From contig JBDHHQ010000004.1 in NCBI GenBank assembly GCA_039589315.1, positions 1 through 64,000 of the forward strand: DNA of 64,000 bases, in the 5' to 3' direction. The first letter of the stretch is position 1. Each line of letters opens with the position of its first letter. The stretch is from Gemmatimonadota bacterium (GTDB taxonomy: Bacteria; Gemmatimonadota; Gemmatimonadetes; Longimicrobiales; Gaopeijiaceae). The notes beneath the pieces are model-generated. The model saw only the letters and a list, made by a program, of their open reading frames with translations. It was not told the origin of the DNA and did no database searches. Position numbers and translations under genes: made by a program. This document shows positions 8,907 to 19,075 of the stretch, in pieces.

Positions 8907-10919
8907 ATGTTCGGATCAAACCGGGGGCTCTCCCCCCGGCGGTGGATTCTCGCTGGGCTGTTGTGGTCCGGCGTCGCGCCGCCGTCGGTTGCTGCGGCTC
9001 AGGACTCAGTGCGGTCCAATGACGCTCGTCCCAACATCGTGCTCATGTTCCCCGACAATCTCGGGATCGGAGAAGTGAGCGCGTACGGCGGTCCGCGCGG
9101 CGTCCCTACGCCGAACATCGATCGAATCGCAGCAGAAGGGATTCGGCTCACGAACTTCAACGTCGAGTATTCGTGCGTCGTCTCCCGTATCGCTCTGCTC
9201 ACGGGTCGCTATGCCGTCCGCACGGGTGAAGGGTACGCCGCGGGGATGACCTTGTGGGAGGTGACGATCGCCGAGGCTCTGCAGTCCCTGGGCTACTCGA
9301 CGGCCCTGTTCGGGAAATGGCACGTCGGCGGATCCGATTGGGAAGGACGCCGGGAACCCACCCACCAGGGGTTCGACGAGTGGTGGGGTATTCCCGGGAC
9401 CAGCCACACGGCGCAGTTCACGTCCTTCGAGGGCTTCGATTCCACTCGCGCCCAAGTCCCCTACATCTGGGAGGGGAGGGCCGGAGAGCCATCCAGGCGG
9501 GTGAAGCCCTACGACCTGGACAGGCGGCGCACGATCGACCGGGAGGCGGCCGAGCGCGGGATTCGGTTCATGGAGCACAACGTCCAGGAGGGGACGCCGT
9601 TCTTCTTCTTCTACCCCATGACCCAGGTCCACTTCCCCGCCCTGCCGCACCCGGACTTCGCCGGAACGACCGGAGCCGGCGATGTGGGCGATGCCATGGC
9701 CGAGGTGGACTACAACGTGGGACTGGTGCTGGAGGCCCTGGAGCGTCTGGACATCGAGGACAACACCCTGGTGTTCTGGTGCACCGACAACGGAGCCGAG
9801 ATGAGGCGCCCGTGGCGCGGTTCGGCGGGCCCCTGGCGCGGGTTCTACAACTCCGCCATGGAAGGGGGGATCCGGACGCCGTGCGTGATTCGGTGGCCGG
9901 GACGGATTCCGCCGGGTCGGGTCTCCAACGACCTGGTTCACCAGGTCGACCTCTTCCCGACCATCGCGGCGGCGGTCGGGGCCCCGGAGATCATACCGGA
10001 TGACCGCCTGATCGACGGGGTGAACCAGCTTCCGTTCTTCGAGGGGAGGCAGGCCCACTCGAACCGGGACAGCGCCATCTTCCTGGCCCGCGAAGGCCAC
10101 GTCATGGCCGTGAAATGGCGAGACTGGAAGCTCTGGTACGCCTTCCGCACCGAGATGCCGGACCCGCATCCCGACAACCTGCTGCGACTGTTCGATCTGC
10201 GCGTCGACCCCAGGGAGGAGATCGACGTCAAGGACTTCTATCCGTGGGTCATCAGCGTCATGGATGGGATCGTGGCCGACTACGAGGCGTCGCTCGTGGT
10301 GCACCCACGGGTGCCGGGCGGCGCTCCCGATCCATACGTACCGCCGCCCCGGGGCTCGGGCCACCCGGTCGCGACATACGCACGGACGGACCGCGCGGCC
10401 CTCGGCCCACGCTCGGAAGCGCTCCCGAATCCCGACTTTTCGGGGTCCTGGTCCACGGCCGTCCTCAGCTCCGCGCCCCCGACGGGTCAGGCTGCACCCC
10501 CTCGGGTGCCGACGCTGGGAAGTGGTTGGGGGGACAGGATCTCCATCCTACACGACGCAGATCGTCTCGAGGTCGAACGGGTGATCTTCGTCCCGCGGGA
10601 GATCCAACCCACGGTCCGCTACGGCTTCGCGTTGGACGGATCCGAGACGGCGAACCCCGTGACCATGGGTCGGACCGGCCTGCCCCCGACGTCGACGACC
10701 GCGTGGGACGGCAACCGGCTGGTCATCACCACCCGGGTTCCCTTCCAGGACCCCGAAGACGGCGGCTGGCTCGGCAGCGTGGTGACGCAGATGATGTGGC
10801 TGCAGCCCGCTACCGGGACCCCCTTCGAGCCGTCGCTGGTGGTGGAGACCACGAGGGGCAGCGCGCTGGGCGGGCCGCCGTCCACCAACCGGACGGTCTA
10901 TGCGAGGGGGTACCGGTAG
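8907..10919 (+). CDS. Secreted Cys-type arylsulfatase family protein with extra C-terminal domain
   Basis: RPNIVLMFPDNLG, TPNIDRIAAEG, CVVSRIALLTGRY, GKWHVG, TDNG, EGGIRTPCVIRWPG, LFDLRVDPRE. Has a signal peptide and an additional ~170 aa beginning PDFSGSWS. Confidence 0.9.
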   Translation: MFGSNRGLSPRRWILAGLLWSGVAPPSVAAAQDSVRSNDARPNIVLMFPDNLGIGEVSAYGGPRGVPTPNIDRIAAEGIRLTNFNVEYSCVVSRIALLTGRYAVRTGEGYAAGMTLWEVTIAEALQSLGYSTALFGKWHVGGSDWEGRREPTHQGFDEWWGIPGTSHTAQFTSFEGFDSTRAQVPYIWEGRAGEPSRRVKPYDLDRRRTIDREAAERGIRFMEHNVQEGTPFFFFYPMTQVHFPALPHPDFAGTTGAGDVGDAMAEVDYNVGLVLEALERLDIEDNTLVFWCTDNGAEMRRPWRGSAGPWRGFYNSAMEGGIRTPCVIRWPGRIPPGRVSNDLVHQVDLFPTIAAAVGAPEIIPDDRLIDGVNQLPFFEGRQAHSNRDSAIFLAREGHVMAVKWRDWKLWYAFRTEMPDPHPDNLLRLFDLRVDPREEIDVKDFYPWVISVMDGIVADYEASLVVHPRVPGGAPDPYVPPPRGSGHPVATYARTDRAALGPRSEALPNPDFSGSWSTAVLSSAPPTGQAAPPRVPTLGSGWGDRISILHDADRLEVERVIFVPREIQPTVRYGFALDGSETANPVTMGRTGLPPTSTTAWDGNRLVITTRVPFQDPEDGGWLGSVVTQMMWLQPATGTPFEPSLVVETTRGSALGGPPSTNRTVYARGYR

Positions 10920-11036
10920 GGGACAACGACCCGGCGCGTTGACGTGGGGCGCCACAGTCTCCCGGCGCCCTCGCCGACCCCGAGGGTCCGTGAGGCCGCC
11001 GGGAGCTGCTGTGCCCCGGGCCAGCGCCCTTTCATC

Positions 11037-13508
11037 TCAGTTGATATACCCCAACGACCGCAGCGTCTGTAGCTGCTCGGCCGTCAGGAGCGTCTCGCCC
11101 CCGCTGGTGAACCGCTGCGCCAGCGCCATGTGGGCCTCGAACTGCCGTTCAAGGAGCTCCGTGTACTTCTCCACCAGGTCGGGGTGCTCCTCGTGGACGC
11201 TCCACAGGCTGTACGGATCGTTCCAAAGGTCGTACAGGAGCAGCGGGACGGGCCGGCGTTGTTCTTCCGGTTGCTCCGGGTCGGCGTTGATCTGGAGCGA
11301 GGCTCCCCAGCGGCCGTCGACCATCTCGATCCGGCCCCGGTAGTCACCCGTCTCCTTATCGAGCACGAACTCGTCGAGGATCACCGGCCTCGGCTCCCAT
11401 CCCGGTTGGCCCAGCATCAGGGGCGCCAGGGACTGGCCCATGGCCACCTCCGGCCCGGGCAGGTCGAGCAGGTCGAGCATGGTGGGTAGCACGTCGATCA
11501 TCGACACCGGCTCGGCGAAGCGCTGGCCTGCCGGCAATCGTCCGTGCCAGACGAAGATCAGCGGCACCCGCGTGATGGTGGACCGGAGCATCGGATCGCT
11601 CCACCTGGGCGGCAGTGAGTCCTGGACTGCGACGCCCATGTCGTCCATCGCCGCGTCCGTGCTGTGATCGCCTCCGATGACCAGAAGCGTATTCTCCCAG
11701 GTACCCTCGGCCTTCAGCCGATCCACCAGGCGGCCGAGCTGATAGTCGTTGTGGGCCATGGTCTCGTCGTAGAGAGCCTGGTGGATGGCGAAGAACTTCT
11801 GCCGGTCCAGGCCCGACGCCTCCCACGCCTCGGAATAGACGCCATGATCGCCGAGGGGTTGCAGCGAGTCCTGCCACTCTCGCCACGTGGTCAACTGATC
11901 CGGACCCACGTAGAGACCCGAGAATGGCGCCGCCGCCGGGAAGTCCTCATGCACGTCGGTTGTCTGGAAGTGGACCCAGTACGGCTCACCCGGATAGGCC
12001 TCGCGCCAACGGAAGAACCCTTCGTGCAGGAAGCGGGACGATTCCGCATGCTTCTCGCCGCCGAAGTAGGTGAACTCCTCCCAGGTCTCCCGGAAGAAGT
12101 CGACATCACGGTGGAGACCGCTCAGAGTACCGGCGTTCGGATTGGCCACGAACACCCCCGTCTGGTAGCCGGCGCTGTGCATCATTTGCGCCATTGTCGG
12201 GGCATCGGCGGGCACCGGATCCATCCAATTGAGCCCGCCGAGGGCGCTGTGCTGGAGCCCGGTCATGAACGAGGCCGTGGACGGCTTGGTCCACGAGGCG
12301 TTGCTGTAGACCCGCTCGAAGACGACGCCCTCCGCTGCCAGAGCTTCCATGTTGGGGGTCGTACGCCGGGCGTAGCCGTACACGCTCATGAAGTCGGCGG
12401 CCGCACCGTCGATCACGTAGAACACGACGTTGGGACGGTCCGCGCTCCTCCCGGATCCGGACACGGTCGGCGATCCCCAGAGCGCGACCGCTCCCGCCCG
12501 GTCCGACTCGGTCTCTAACGCCAGGGTCACGGTACGGCCGGCGAAAGCCGACAGGTCGATCGTGCGCTGACCCCAACGCTCCGCTCCGCTGTACGCTTCC
12601 TCGAACAGAACAGCGGGCTCGCTCCCACCCGCGGTAACTACAACGCGAAACGTGACCGGCACATCGTCCCGCAGCACGCCGAGCCCCACGTCCAGGTGGC
12701 CTCCCGTTGGTACCGCCAGCTGGTACTCGACCTTCCCCGGAGCGTGCGTGAAGAGGGAGTTTCGGTACACGCGTTCCCTCACCTCGGAGCGAACCCCGTG
12801 CCCCGCGTCGACGTAACCGGCCTCCTTCGGCAGAAGCTGAATGGAGAGGATGTCGATGGATCCCGGCTCCTCCTCGGCGATGAACCAGAGCCCCAGCGCC
12901 TCCCATTCCTCAAAGCTCTGGCCTCCGGACCAGTCGAGTCTGAGCAGGTAGGATTGCACCGTCCCGTCGTCCACGACCTCGGCGACCTCTCCCAATCGTT
13001 GGAACGGCCCCATGAACGGCGGAGCCTCACCGCCCTCCTCCCTCAAGTTGAACCTCACTCCGAAGCTCTCGACTCCGCCGGTCGAGCGGGCGCGCACGAG
13101 CACGTGTGCCCAGTCCTGCGGGTCCCACCCGGGCACCTCCAGGTAGATCCCGCCGGAGGGATCCCCATTCGAGTTCCTGGTCTCCTCGGTCACCGTGAGC
13201 CGGAGAGCATCCTCCGCAAGCGCTAGCGTCGCGGGATCGACTTCAGGGTTCGACGGCGGGGCCGGCTTCCAGTCCGACAGGATCTCGTCGAACTGCCAGC
13301 TCACCGGTTCCGGAGCGTCAGCAGGCACCTCCGAACCCTGGACGGCGGCCTCGGCGAGATGCGCCTCCAGATGGAGCGGTGCGGTATCGGCGCGGAGGGT
13401 CGGGCCCGAGTCGGCAGCGACGCAACCGGCCATCGTGAAGGCAATGGCGGCGAGCGGCAGCGTGCGGCCCGGAGGAAGATTCCTTCGAACGAGGGGAGTG
13501 GCGAGCAT
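11037..13508 (-). CDS. Sulfatase-like hydrolase/transferase lipoprotein (Thr-type), paralog A
   Basis: Lipobox-like MAGC. RPNVVFYVIDG, TTPNMEALAAEG, SNASWTKPSTASFMTG, TDVHE, GDHS, RVPLIF, LYDLWNDP. Ends EQLQTLRSLGYIN. The ORF extension to 14294 is an antisense overlap. Confidence 0.88.
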   Translation of the reverse strand: MLATPLVRRNLPPGRTLPLAAIAFTMAGCVAADSGPTLRADTAPLHLEAHLAEAAVQGSEVPADAPEPVSWQFDEILSDWKPAPPSNPEVDPATLALAEDALRLTVTEETRNSNGDPSGGIYLEVPGWDPQDWAHVLVRARSTGGVESFGVRFNLREEGGEAPPFMGPFQRLGEVAEVVDDGTVQSYLLRLDWSGGQSFEEWEALGLWFIAEEEPGSIDILSIQLLPKEAGYVDAGHGVRSEVRERVYRNSLFTHAPGKVEYQLAVPTGGHLDVGLGVLRDDVPVTFRVVVTAGGSEPAVLFEEAYSGAERWGQRTIDLSAFAGRTVTLALETESDRAGAVALWGSPTVSGSGRSADRPNVVFYVIDGAAADFMSVYGYARRTTPNMEALAAEGVVFERVYSNASWTKPSTASFMTGLQHSALGGLNWMDPVPADAPTMAQMMHSAGYQTGVFVANPNAGTLSGLHRDVDFFRETWEEFTYFGGEKHAESSRFLHEGFFRWREAYPGEPYWVHFQTTDVHEDFPAAAPFSGLYVGPDQLTTWREWQDSLQPLGDHGVYSEAWEASGLDRQKFFAIHQALYDETMAHNDYQLGRLVDRLKAEGTWENTLLVIGGDHSTDAAMDDMGVAVQDSLPPRWSDPMLRSTITRVPLIFVWHGRLPAGQRFAEPVSMIDVLPTMLDLLDLPGPEVAMGQSLAPLMLGQPGWEPRPVILDEFVLDKETGDYRGRIEMVDGRWGASLQINADPEQPEEQRRPVPLLLYDLWNDPYSLWSVHEEHPDLVEKYTELLERQFEAHMALAQRFTSGGETLLTAEQLQTLRSLGYIN

Positions 13509-13634
13509 GGGCGTCTCCGTCAGCGGGGATACCCGCAAGGTGCTCGAACGCGCGCTGCAGATGCAAGGTCTGGAGTCGGCGCTTATTGTGTCGCCGATCC
13601 GGGAACGACCCGCCCGCCCCCAAGGGAGGTCCGC

Positions 13635-16067
13635 ATGCGTCCCACTCTGCTGGTTACCGGTCTTCTGGCGTGCATCTCCTGCGACGCGCCCGAGCCCGTC
13701 TCCCTTCGTCTCGTCGATCAGTTCGCGAACGCGAGCGTCGAAGGCAGCCCCCCAGCGGTCCAGCCCGAGCGCACCGAGTGGCGCTTCGACGGCGAGGGAA
13801 CGACCTCGGCACCCCACGAGCACACCGCGACGCTCGGCTGGAGAGCCATGAACGACATCGCCGGTCTTGCCGTCCGGGAAGGCATGCTCGTCGGCACCAC
13901 CGGCACGCTCCCCGTGCTCCACGCGGTGCGCCCGGACGACCTGGACGAGAACGACCTCCTCCACGCCATCGAGATCCGCATGCGGGTGTCCGAAGGCACG
14001 GAGATCGGTGTCACGTTCAACGGGGCGGAGGAGCCGGACGCCGAGTGGGCCCGGGATCGCATCGACCAGCTCCGAAGCCAGGTCCGCGCACCGCTGATCG
14101 CGGAGCTGACCCCGGGCGACGAGTTCCTGACCTACACGCTCAGGGAGGCCGGGTCCACCTTCCGCATCGGCAGCATGCGCAACATCCTCATCGAGCCGAC
14201 CGATGCCGAGGGAGCGCACTTCGAGATCGAGTCGATCCGCATCATCCCGGTGAAGGAGCACCTCGCGTCGGTGCCCTCGGGCCCGGGCTGGCACGGCTTG
14301 GCCGAGGTGTATTACGAGACCATCGTGAGCCGCTCGCCCGAGCGCGTAGTGTGGCAGCTCGATCTTCCATCCCGGCCTTGGCTGGATCTGGCCTACGGCA
14401 CGATCGAGGACGGTCCCGTGACGTTCGAGGTCACCATCGGCACCGGCGGCGCGGAGACGTCCGTTCTGAAGCGTACCGTCACCACGCCGCGCCGCTGGGA
14501 GACGTCCCGCCTCGATCTCTCCGCCTACGCGGCGAGCCCCGTGACCCTCACGCTGGCGCTCGACGCCGACAGCGACGGCCTGCTCGGGTACTGGGGCTCA
14601 CCCGTGATCCGGAACAGTGGTGCCATGCCGGAGCTGTCCGATGGCTCCGAGGACCGGGCAACGCTGCTCGACGGCGGCTCGGAGCGCCCGCAAGCCGTCA
14701 TCCTGTTCCTTGCGGACGCGCTGCGCCGCGACCACCTGCCTATGTACGGCTACGAGCGCAACACGACTCCGGTGCTGTCCAGGCTGGCGGACGAGGGGGT
14801 CGTGTTCCAGGACAACATCTCGCAGGGATCGTGGACCAAGGTCTCGGTCTCGTCGATCCTCACCTCCCTTTATCCCACCACGCATGGGATCACGGCGATC
14901 CCCGACCGCCTGCCGTCGTCCGCCACGACCCTCTCGGAGGCGTTTCGTGAGGCCGGGTTTGCCACGTGGCAATCCTCGTCGGTGGTGTTCTCGGGTAAGC
15001 TGACCAACCTGCACCAGGGCGTGGACGTTCTGCATGAGCGCGCATCGGTCGACGACCTGGGCCACAGCTCCAGCAAGACAGCGCGAACGTTCACGGACCG
15101 GTTCCTGGAGTGGCTCGGTGACCACCACGACATCCCCTTCTTCGCGTTCGTGCACGTGTTCGATCCGCACAGCCCCTTCGAGCCGTATCCGCCCTACGAC
15201 ACCGTGTGGGCATCGGCCGACGCAACCGCCGCTCACGAGGCGGACTGGGAGACGCTCCGAGACGCCGACCTACCCGCGAGCTTCTTGCCGACACAGAAGG
15301 AGCTGGACCAGGTCGGCATCGACGCCGACCGGTTCACGGCCCACGAAATCGACTGGTACGACGCCTCCATCCTCGCGATGGACGTCGAGATCGGCCGCAT
15401 CATGCAGCGTCTGGAGGAGCTCGGGCTCGCCGGCAAGACGTTGTTCGCGTTCATCAGCGACCACGGCGAGGAGTTCCTGGAGCACGGCAACCAATTCCAC
15501 GGGACCAGCACGTATGGCGAGATGATGAACGTCCCGCTGATGCTCTGGTGGCCCGGCGTGCTACCGGCCGGCACCGTCGTGCAGCAGACCACCGAATCGC
15601 TGGACCTGATGCCGACACTGCTCGAGTTGAGCGGCATCACACCTCCCGAGGGGGCGCAGGGCCAGAGCCTGATCCCACTCGTCGTCGACCCGGACGCGGT
15701 CTCCGACTTCGGAGCGATCCGTCGTGCGGCCTTCAGCGAGCGCGTGCGGCTGCCGGATCTGGAAATGCCGGAAGAGGACGACGTCGATTCGTTCGCGATC
15801 GTCCTGGACGGGTGGAAGCTCGTGCAGATCGTCGATCCCCCGGACGGGCGGTCGGAATACGAGCTCTACGACCACCAGAAAGACCCGCTGAACATGCACG
15901 ACGTCGCCGGCGACAACCTGGAGATCGTCGAGCGGCTCGCCCGCGAGCTCGAGACCTGGCGGGAATACGCGCTTGCCTCCCGTCCACCGCCCGACACCGA
16001 AGCGATCGAGGGCCTCGGCGCCGATGAGATCGCCCGGCTCCGGAGCCTGGGCTACATTAACGACTGA
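13635..16067 (+). CDS. Sulfatase-like hydrolase/transferase lipoprotein (Thr-type), paralog B
   Basis: RBS gggagg. MRPTLLVTGLLACISC lipobox-like. ADALRRDHL, SQGSWTKVSVSSILTS, FDPHSPF, SDHGEEF.EHG, ELYDHQKDP. Ends DEIARLRSLGYIND. Confidence 0.9.
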   Translation: MRPTLLVTGLLACISCDAPEPVSLRLVDQFANASVEGSPPAVQPERTEWRFDGEGTTSAPHEHTATLGWRAMNDIAGLAVREGMLVGTTGTLPVLHAVRPDDLDENDLLHAIEIRMRVSEGTEIGVTFNGAEEPDAEWARDRIDQLRSQVRAPLIAELTPGDEFLTYTLREAGSTFRIGSMRNILIEPTDAEGAHFEIESIRIIPVKEHLASVPSGPGWHGLAEVYYETIVSRSPERVVWQLDLPSRPWLDLAYGTIEDGPVTFEVTIGTGGAETSVLKRTVTTPRRWETSRLDLSAYAASPVTLTLALDADSDGLLGYWGSPVIRNSGAMPELSDGSEDRATLLDGGSERPQAVILFLADALRRDHLPMYGYERNTTPVLSRLADEGVVFQDNISQGSWTKVSVSSILTSLYPTTHGITAIPDRLPSSATTLSEAFREAGFATWQSSSVVFSGKLTNLHQGVDVLHERASVDDLGHSSSKTARTFTDRFLEWLGDHHDIPFFAFVHVFDPHSPFEPYPPYDTVWASADATAAHEADWETLRDADLPASFLPTQKELDQVGIDADRFTAHEIDWYDASILAMDVEIGRIMQRLEELGLAGKTLFAFISDHGEEFLEHGNQFHGTSTYGEMMNVPLMLWWPGVLPAGTVVQQTTESLDLMPTLLELSGITPPEGAQGQSLIPLVVDPDAVSDFGAIRRAAFSERVRLPDLEMPEEDDVDSFAIVLDGWKLVQIVDPPDGRSEYELYDHQKDPLNMHDVAGDNLEIVERLARELETWREYALASRPPPDTEAIEGLGADEIARLRSLGYIND

Positions 16068-16123
16068 TGGCCCGCCGTCCGGCACGCTCCCGTGGATCGT
16101 TCACCGAACGACCCCGCGCCGAC

Positions 16124-16738
16124 TCAGCCGCGGTTGCGGTGGAGGCTCGGGTCGACCACGGCCGCCATGGCTTCCCAGTCGAGGTCCCGTCCGAGAAAGC
16201 CCCCGACGCGCCTGGCCTGTTCGACCCCGTCCTCGAGGACGTCATGGTACCGGACGTGGAGGGCGTCGAAGCAGGGGCGATGAGCGAGCATGCTCCTGGT
16301 GCGCGCGAGGTGATCGATGAACAGCTTCCGCATGCGCACGTCGTCCGTCTCCGTGGCCTCGCCTCGGTGGTCGAGCATCTTCGTCTGGGACAGCAGGACC
16401 TCGTCCAGGTCCCGCTGCATGAAGATGACCTTGTAGTTGAGCGTTGCAGGAAGATGCCGGATCAGAAACGCGATGATCTTGACCGCCCGCCCGCGTGCCT
16501 CGGCCAACCACGCCCTGTCCAGGTCATGCTCGAGCTGCTTGACGCGCTCCAGCTCGTAGTAGCCGAGAGGATTGCTCTCGTCCGCCGTGCGAAGACCGTC
16601 CGTCACGATCTCGACACCGCCCGCCTCCAGCATCTGCATCATCATGGAGGTGCCGGAGCGAGGCAGGCCGGACACCACGACGACCGGCCGCCCGTATCGG
16701 GCTCGGCGTATGGCGCGGCGTACGGTAGCCAAGGGCAT
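16124..16738 (-). CDS. PAPS-dependent sulfotransferase family protein (cytoplasmic)
   Basis: 5'-PSB loop VVVVSGLPRSGTSMMMQML, NPLGYYE, 3'-PB-like KVIFMQRDLDEVLLS, VRYHDVL, VDPSLHRNR. No signal peptide. Confidence 0.88.
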   Translation of the reverse strand: MPLATVRRAIRRARYGRPVVVVSGLPRSGTSMMMQMLEAGGVEIVTDGLRTADESNPLGYYELERVKQLEHDLDRAWLAEARGRAVKIIAFLIRHLPATLNYKVIFMQRDLDEVLLSQTKMLDHRGEATETDDVRMRKLFIDHLARTRSMLAHRPCFDALHVRYHDVLEDGVEQARRVGGFLGRDLDWEAMAAVVDPSLHRNRG

Positions 16739-16759
16739 CGGTCAGAGGGCGGGCTGAGC

Positions 16760-19075
16760 GTGGCCAGTCGTCATGAAAGGAAGAATAACGCGGGGCGCGC
16801 CCTTTCCGCAGGGTTCCTGCGCTCGCGCCTCGCGTGCCGGGGGAGCGTTTCCGTCAAACTCACCGCTGTGCTGTTGGCCGTGGTCCTGCTGGCGGTGTCG
16901 CCCACCCCCGCCGCCGCATACGTGGGGCCCGGCGCCGGGTTCGTGTTCGTCACGTCGTTCCTGGTCATCCTCGTCACCGGCCTTGTCGCCTTCGTCTCAC
17001 TCCTGCTGTGGCCCTTCCGTGCGCTCTGGCGGTTGCTGCGACGGGCCACCCGGCCCAGACCGCGCATCAAGAGACTCGTCATCGTCGGCTTCGACGGCCA
17101 GGATCCGCGGCTGACGGACCGATTCATGGCCGAGGGCAAGCTCCCGAACTTCAAACGTCTGGCCGAGGACGGATGCTATCATCCGCTCCAGTCCACGTTC
17201 CCGTCGGTCTCACCGGTCGCCTGGTCGTCGTTCAGCACGGGGACGCACCCCGCGAAGCACAACATCTACGACTTCCTGGACCGGGATACGCGGACCTACC
17301 TGCCCGTGCTGTCGTCGACCCGCATCGCCGGTCCCGACCGGGTGCTAAGGATCGGCCGGTACCGCGTGCCGTTGGGCAAGCCGGATCTCCGGCTGCTCCG
17401 CAAGTCCCGCCCGTTCTGGTCGATCCTTGGGCAGCACCAGATCTGGAGCACCGTCCTGCGCGTCCCGATCACCTTCCCGCCCGACCGCTTCTACGGCGCC
17501 CAGCTCAGCGCCATGTGCGTGCCCGACCTGCTCGGCACCCAGGGCACCTTCACGCTGGTCACCACGCGGGATTCGCGGGAGGGGTTCAAGGAGGGCGGAA
17601 GGCGAGTGCGCCTGAGCCGGGAGAACGGGCGCCTGGAAGCTCGGCTGGAAGGTCCCGAGAACGAGCTGGTCGAGGGGGCCGGACCGATGTCGGTCCCGCT
17701 GGTGATCACCCCGAACGGCGACGGCAAGACCGCCCTCGTCGAGGTCGACGGCGCTTCTTACGACCTGCAGGTCGGTGAGCTGACGGACTGGGTGGACCTG
17801 AGCTTCCGGGCCGCACCGGGTATCAAGGTGCGCGGGATCTGCCGCATGATGCTCACGGAGACGGGCGACCATGTCTCGCTGTACGTCACCCCGATCAACC
17901 TGGATCCCGAACGGCCGGCCATGCCGATCTCGCATCCGTCCTATTACGCGATCTACCTGGCCAAGAAGCTGGGCAAGTACGCGACTCTGGGGCTCGCGGA
18001 AGACACCTGGGCGCTCAACGAAGGCGTGATCGACGACGCCACCTTCCTTCGCCAGACCTACGACATCGATCAGGAGCGCGAGGACATGTTCTTCGCGGCT
18101 CTGGACACGCTCCGGAAGGGCACGGTCGTGTGCGTGTTCGACGCGACCGACCGCATCCAGCACATGTTCTGGCGTTACCTGGAGGACGGGCATCCGGCAG
18201 CGCGCATGGGGGCCCCGGGCGCCGCTTCGGGTGCGGGGTCGGCCCGGGCGTCGGGCGGAAACGACGGTCCGGAGGCCAGCCACCGCGTTGGGGACGGAGG
18301 GCCGAAGGCCGACGACGCCGGCTCGAACGGCCGCCCCGGGGGAAAGCACGCCGACGCGATCCAAGAGCTGTACATCCACAACGACCAGATGGTGGGCCGA
18401 ATCCGCGAGCGGCTCCGGGCCGGTGACGTCCTGATGGTGCTGTCCGATCACGGCTTCACGTCGTTCCGGCGGGGCGTCAACCTGAACGCCTGGCTGCACG
18501 ATAACGGCTACCTGACGTTGAAGGACGGCGCGGACGGGCGGACGGAGTGGCTGCGCGAGGTGGATTGGTCCAGAACGCGAGCGTATGCCCTGGGCCTCAC
18601 GGGGCTCTACCTCAACATCGACGGCAGAGAAGCCCAGGGCACGGTTCGGCCCGGCGACGAGGCCCGGGAGCTCAAGGCCGCGCTCGTGGAGCGGCTGAGC
18701 GGCCTGCCCGACGACGACGTGGGCCACGTGGCGATCCGCGAGGCGTTCGACACGTCCGCGCTCTACGGGGGGGGACCGTACCTGCGCAACGCCCCCGACC
18801 TGCTGATCGGCTACGCCGAGGGCTACCGGGCATCGTGGGACGGCGCGACCGGCGTCGTCCACGGCCCGGTCATCGAGGACAACGTCAAGCCATGGAGCGG
18901 CGACCACTGCGTGGATCCGCGCGTCGTTCCGGGCGTGTTCTTCAGCGACCGGCCAATCGACCGCGACGATCCCGCCCTCATCGACATCGCCCCGACCGCT
19001 CTGTGGCTGTTCGGGCTCAGGCCACCGGCGCACATGGACGGGAAGCTCCTGTTCGACGAGGGAGCAGCCGAGTGA
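16760..19075 (+). CDS. Alkaline phosphatase family / type I phosphodiesterase-nucleotide pyrophosphatase-like protein 1 (membrane-anchored)
   Basis: LVIVGFDGQD, STFPSVSPVAWSSFSTG, HNIYDF, TDRIQHMFWR, VLSDHGF, DWSRTRAYALG, WSGDH, DIAPT. N-terminus PAAA-YVGPGAG followed by a TM helix. Start uncertain (GTG 16760 or 16868). Confidence 0.87.
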   Translation: MASRHERKNNAGRALSAGFLRSRLACRGSVSVKLTAVLLAVVLLAVSPTPAAAYVGPGAGFVFVTSFLVILVTGLVAFVSLLLWPFRALWRLLRRATRPRPRIKRLVIVGFDGQDPRLTDRFMAEGKLPNFKRLAEDGCYHPLQSTFPSVSPVAWSSFSTGTHPAKHNIYDFLDRDTRTYLPVLSSTRIAGPDRVLRIGRYRVPLGKPDLRLLRKSRPFWSILGQHQIWSTVLRVPITFPPDRFYGAQLSAMCVPDLLGTQGTFTLVTTRDSREGFKEGGRRVRLSRENGRLEARLEGPENELVEGAGPMSVPLVITPNGDGKTALVEVDGASYDLQVGELTDWVDLSFRAAPGIKVRGICRMMLTETGDHVSLYVTPINLDPERPAMPISHPSYYAIYLAKKLGKYATLGLAEDTWALNEGVIDDATFLRQTYDIDQEREDMFFAALDTLRKGTVVCVFDATDRIQHMFWRYLEDGHPAARMGAPGAASGAGSARASGGNDGPEASHRVGDGGPKADDAGSNGRPGGKHADAIQELYIHNDQMVGRIRERLRAGDVLMVLSDHGFTSFRRGVNLNAWLHDNGYLTLKDGADGRTEWLREVDWSRTRAYALGLTGLYLNIDGREAQGTVRPGDEARELKAALVERLSGLPDDDVGHVAIREAFDTSALYGGGPYLRNAPDLLIGYAEGYRASWDGATGVVHGPVIEDNVKPWSGDHCVDPRVVPGVFFSDRPIDRDDPALIDIAPTALWLFGLRPPAHMDGKLLFDEGAAE

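Noticed and set aside
13509..14294. 5' extension of the 1085 aa ORF (11037-14294, minus) and the 13359 start of the plus ORF
   Set aside because: These are mutual antisense overlaps of two divergent genes. RBS and lipoprotein signals place the starts at 13508 and 13635.
16067..16759. N-terminal 230 aa of the 1002 aa ORF
   Set aside because: It is the antisense shadow of the sulfotransferase gene, not a fusion.
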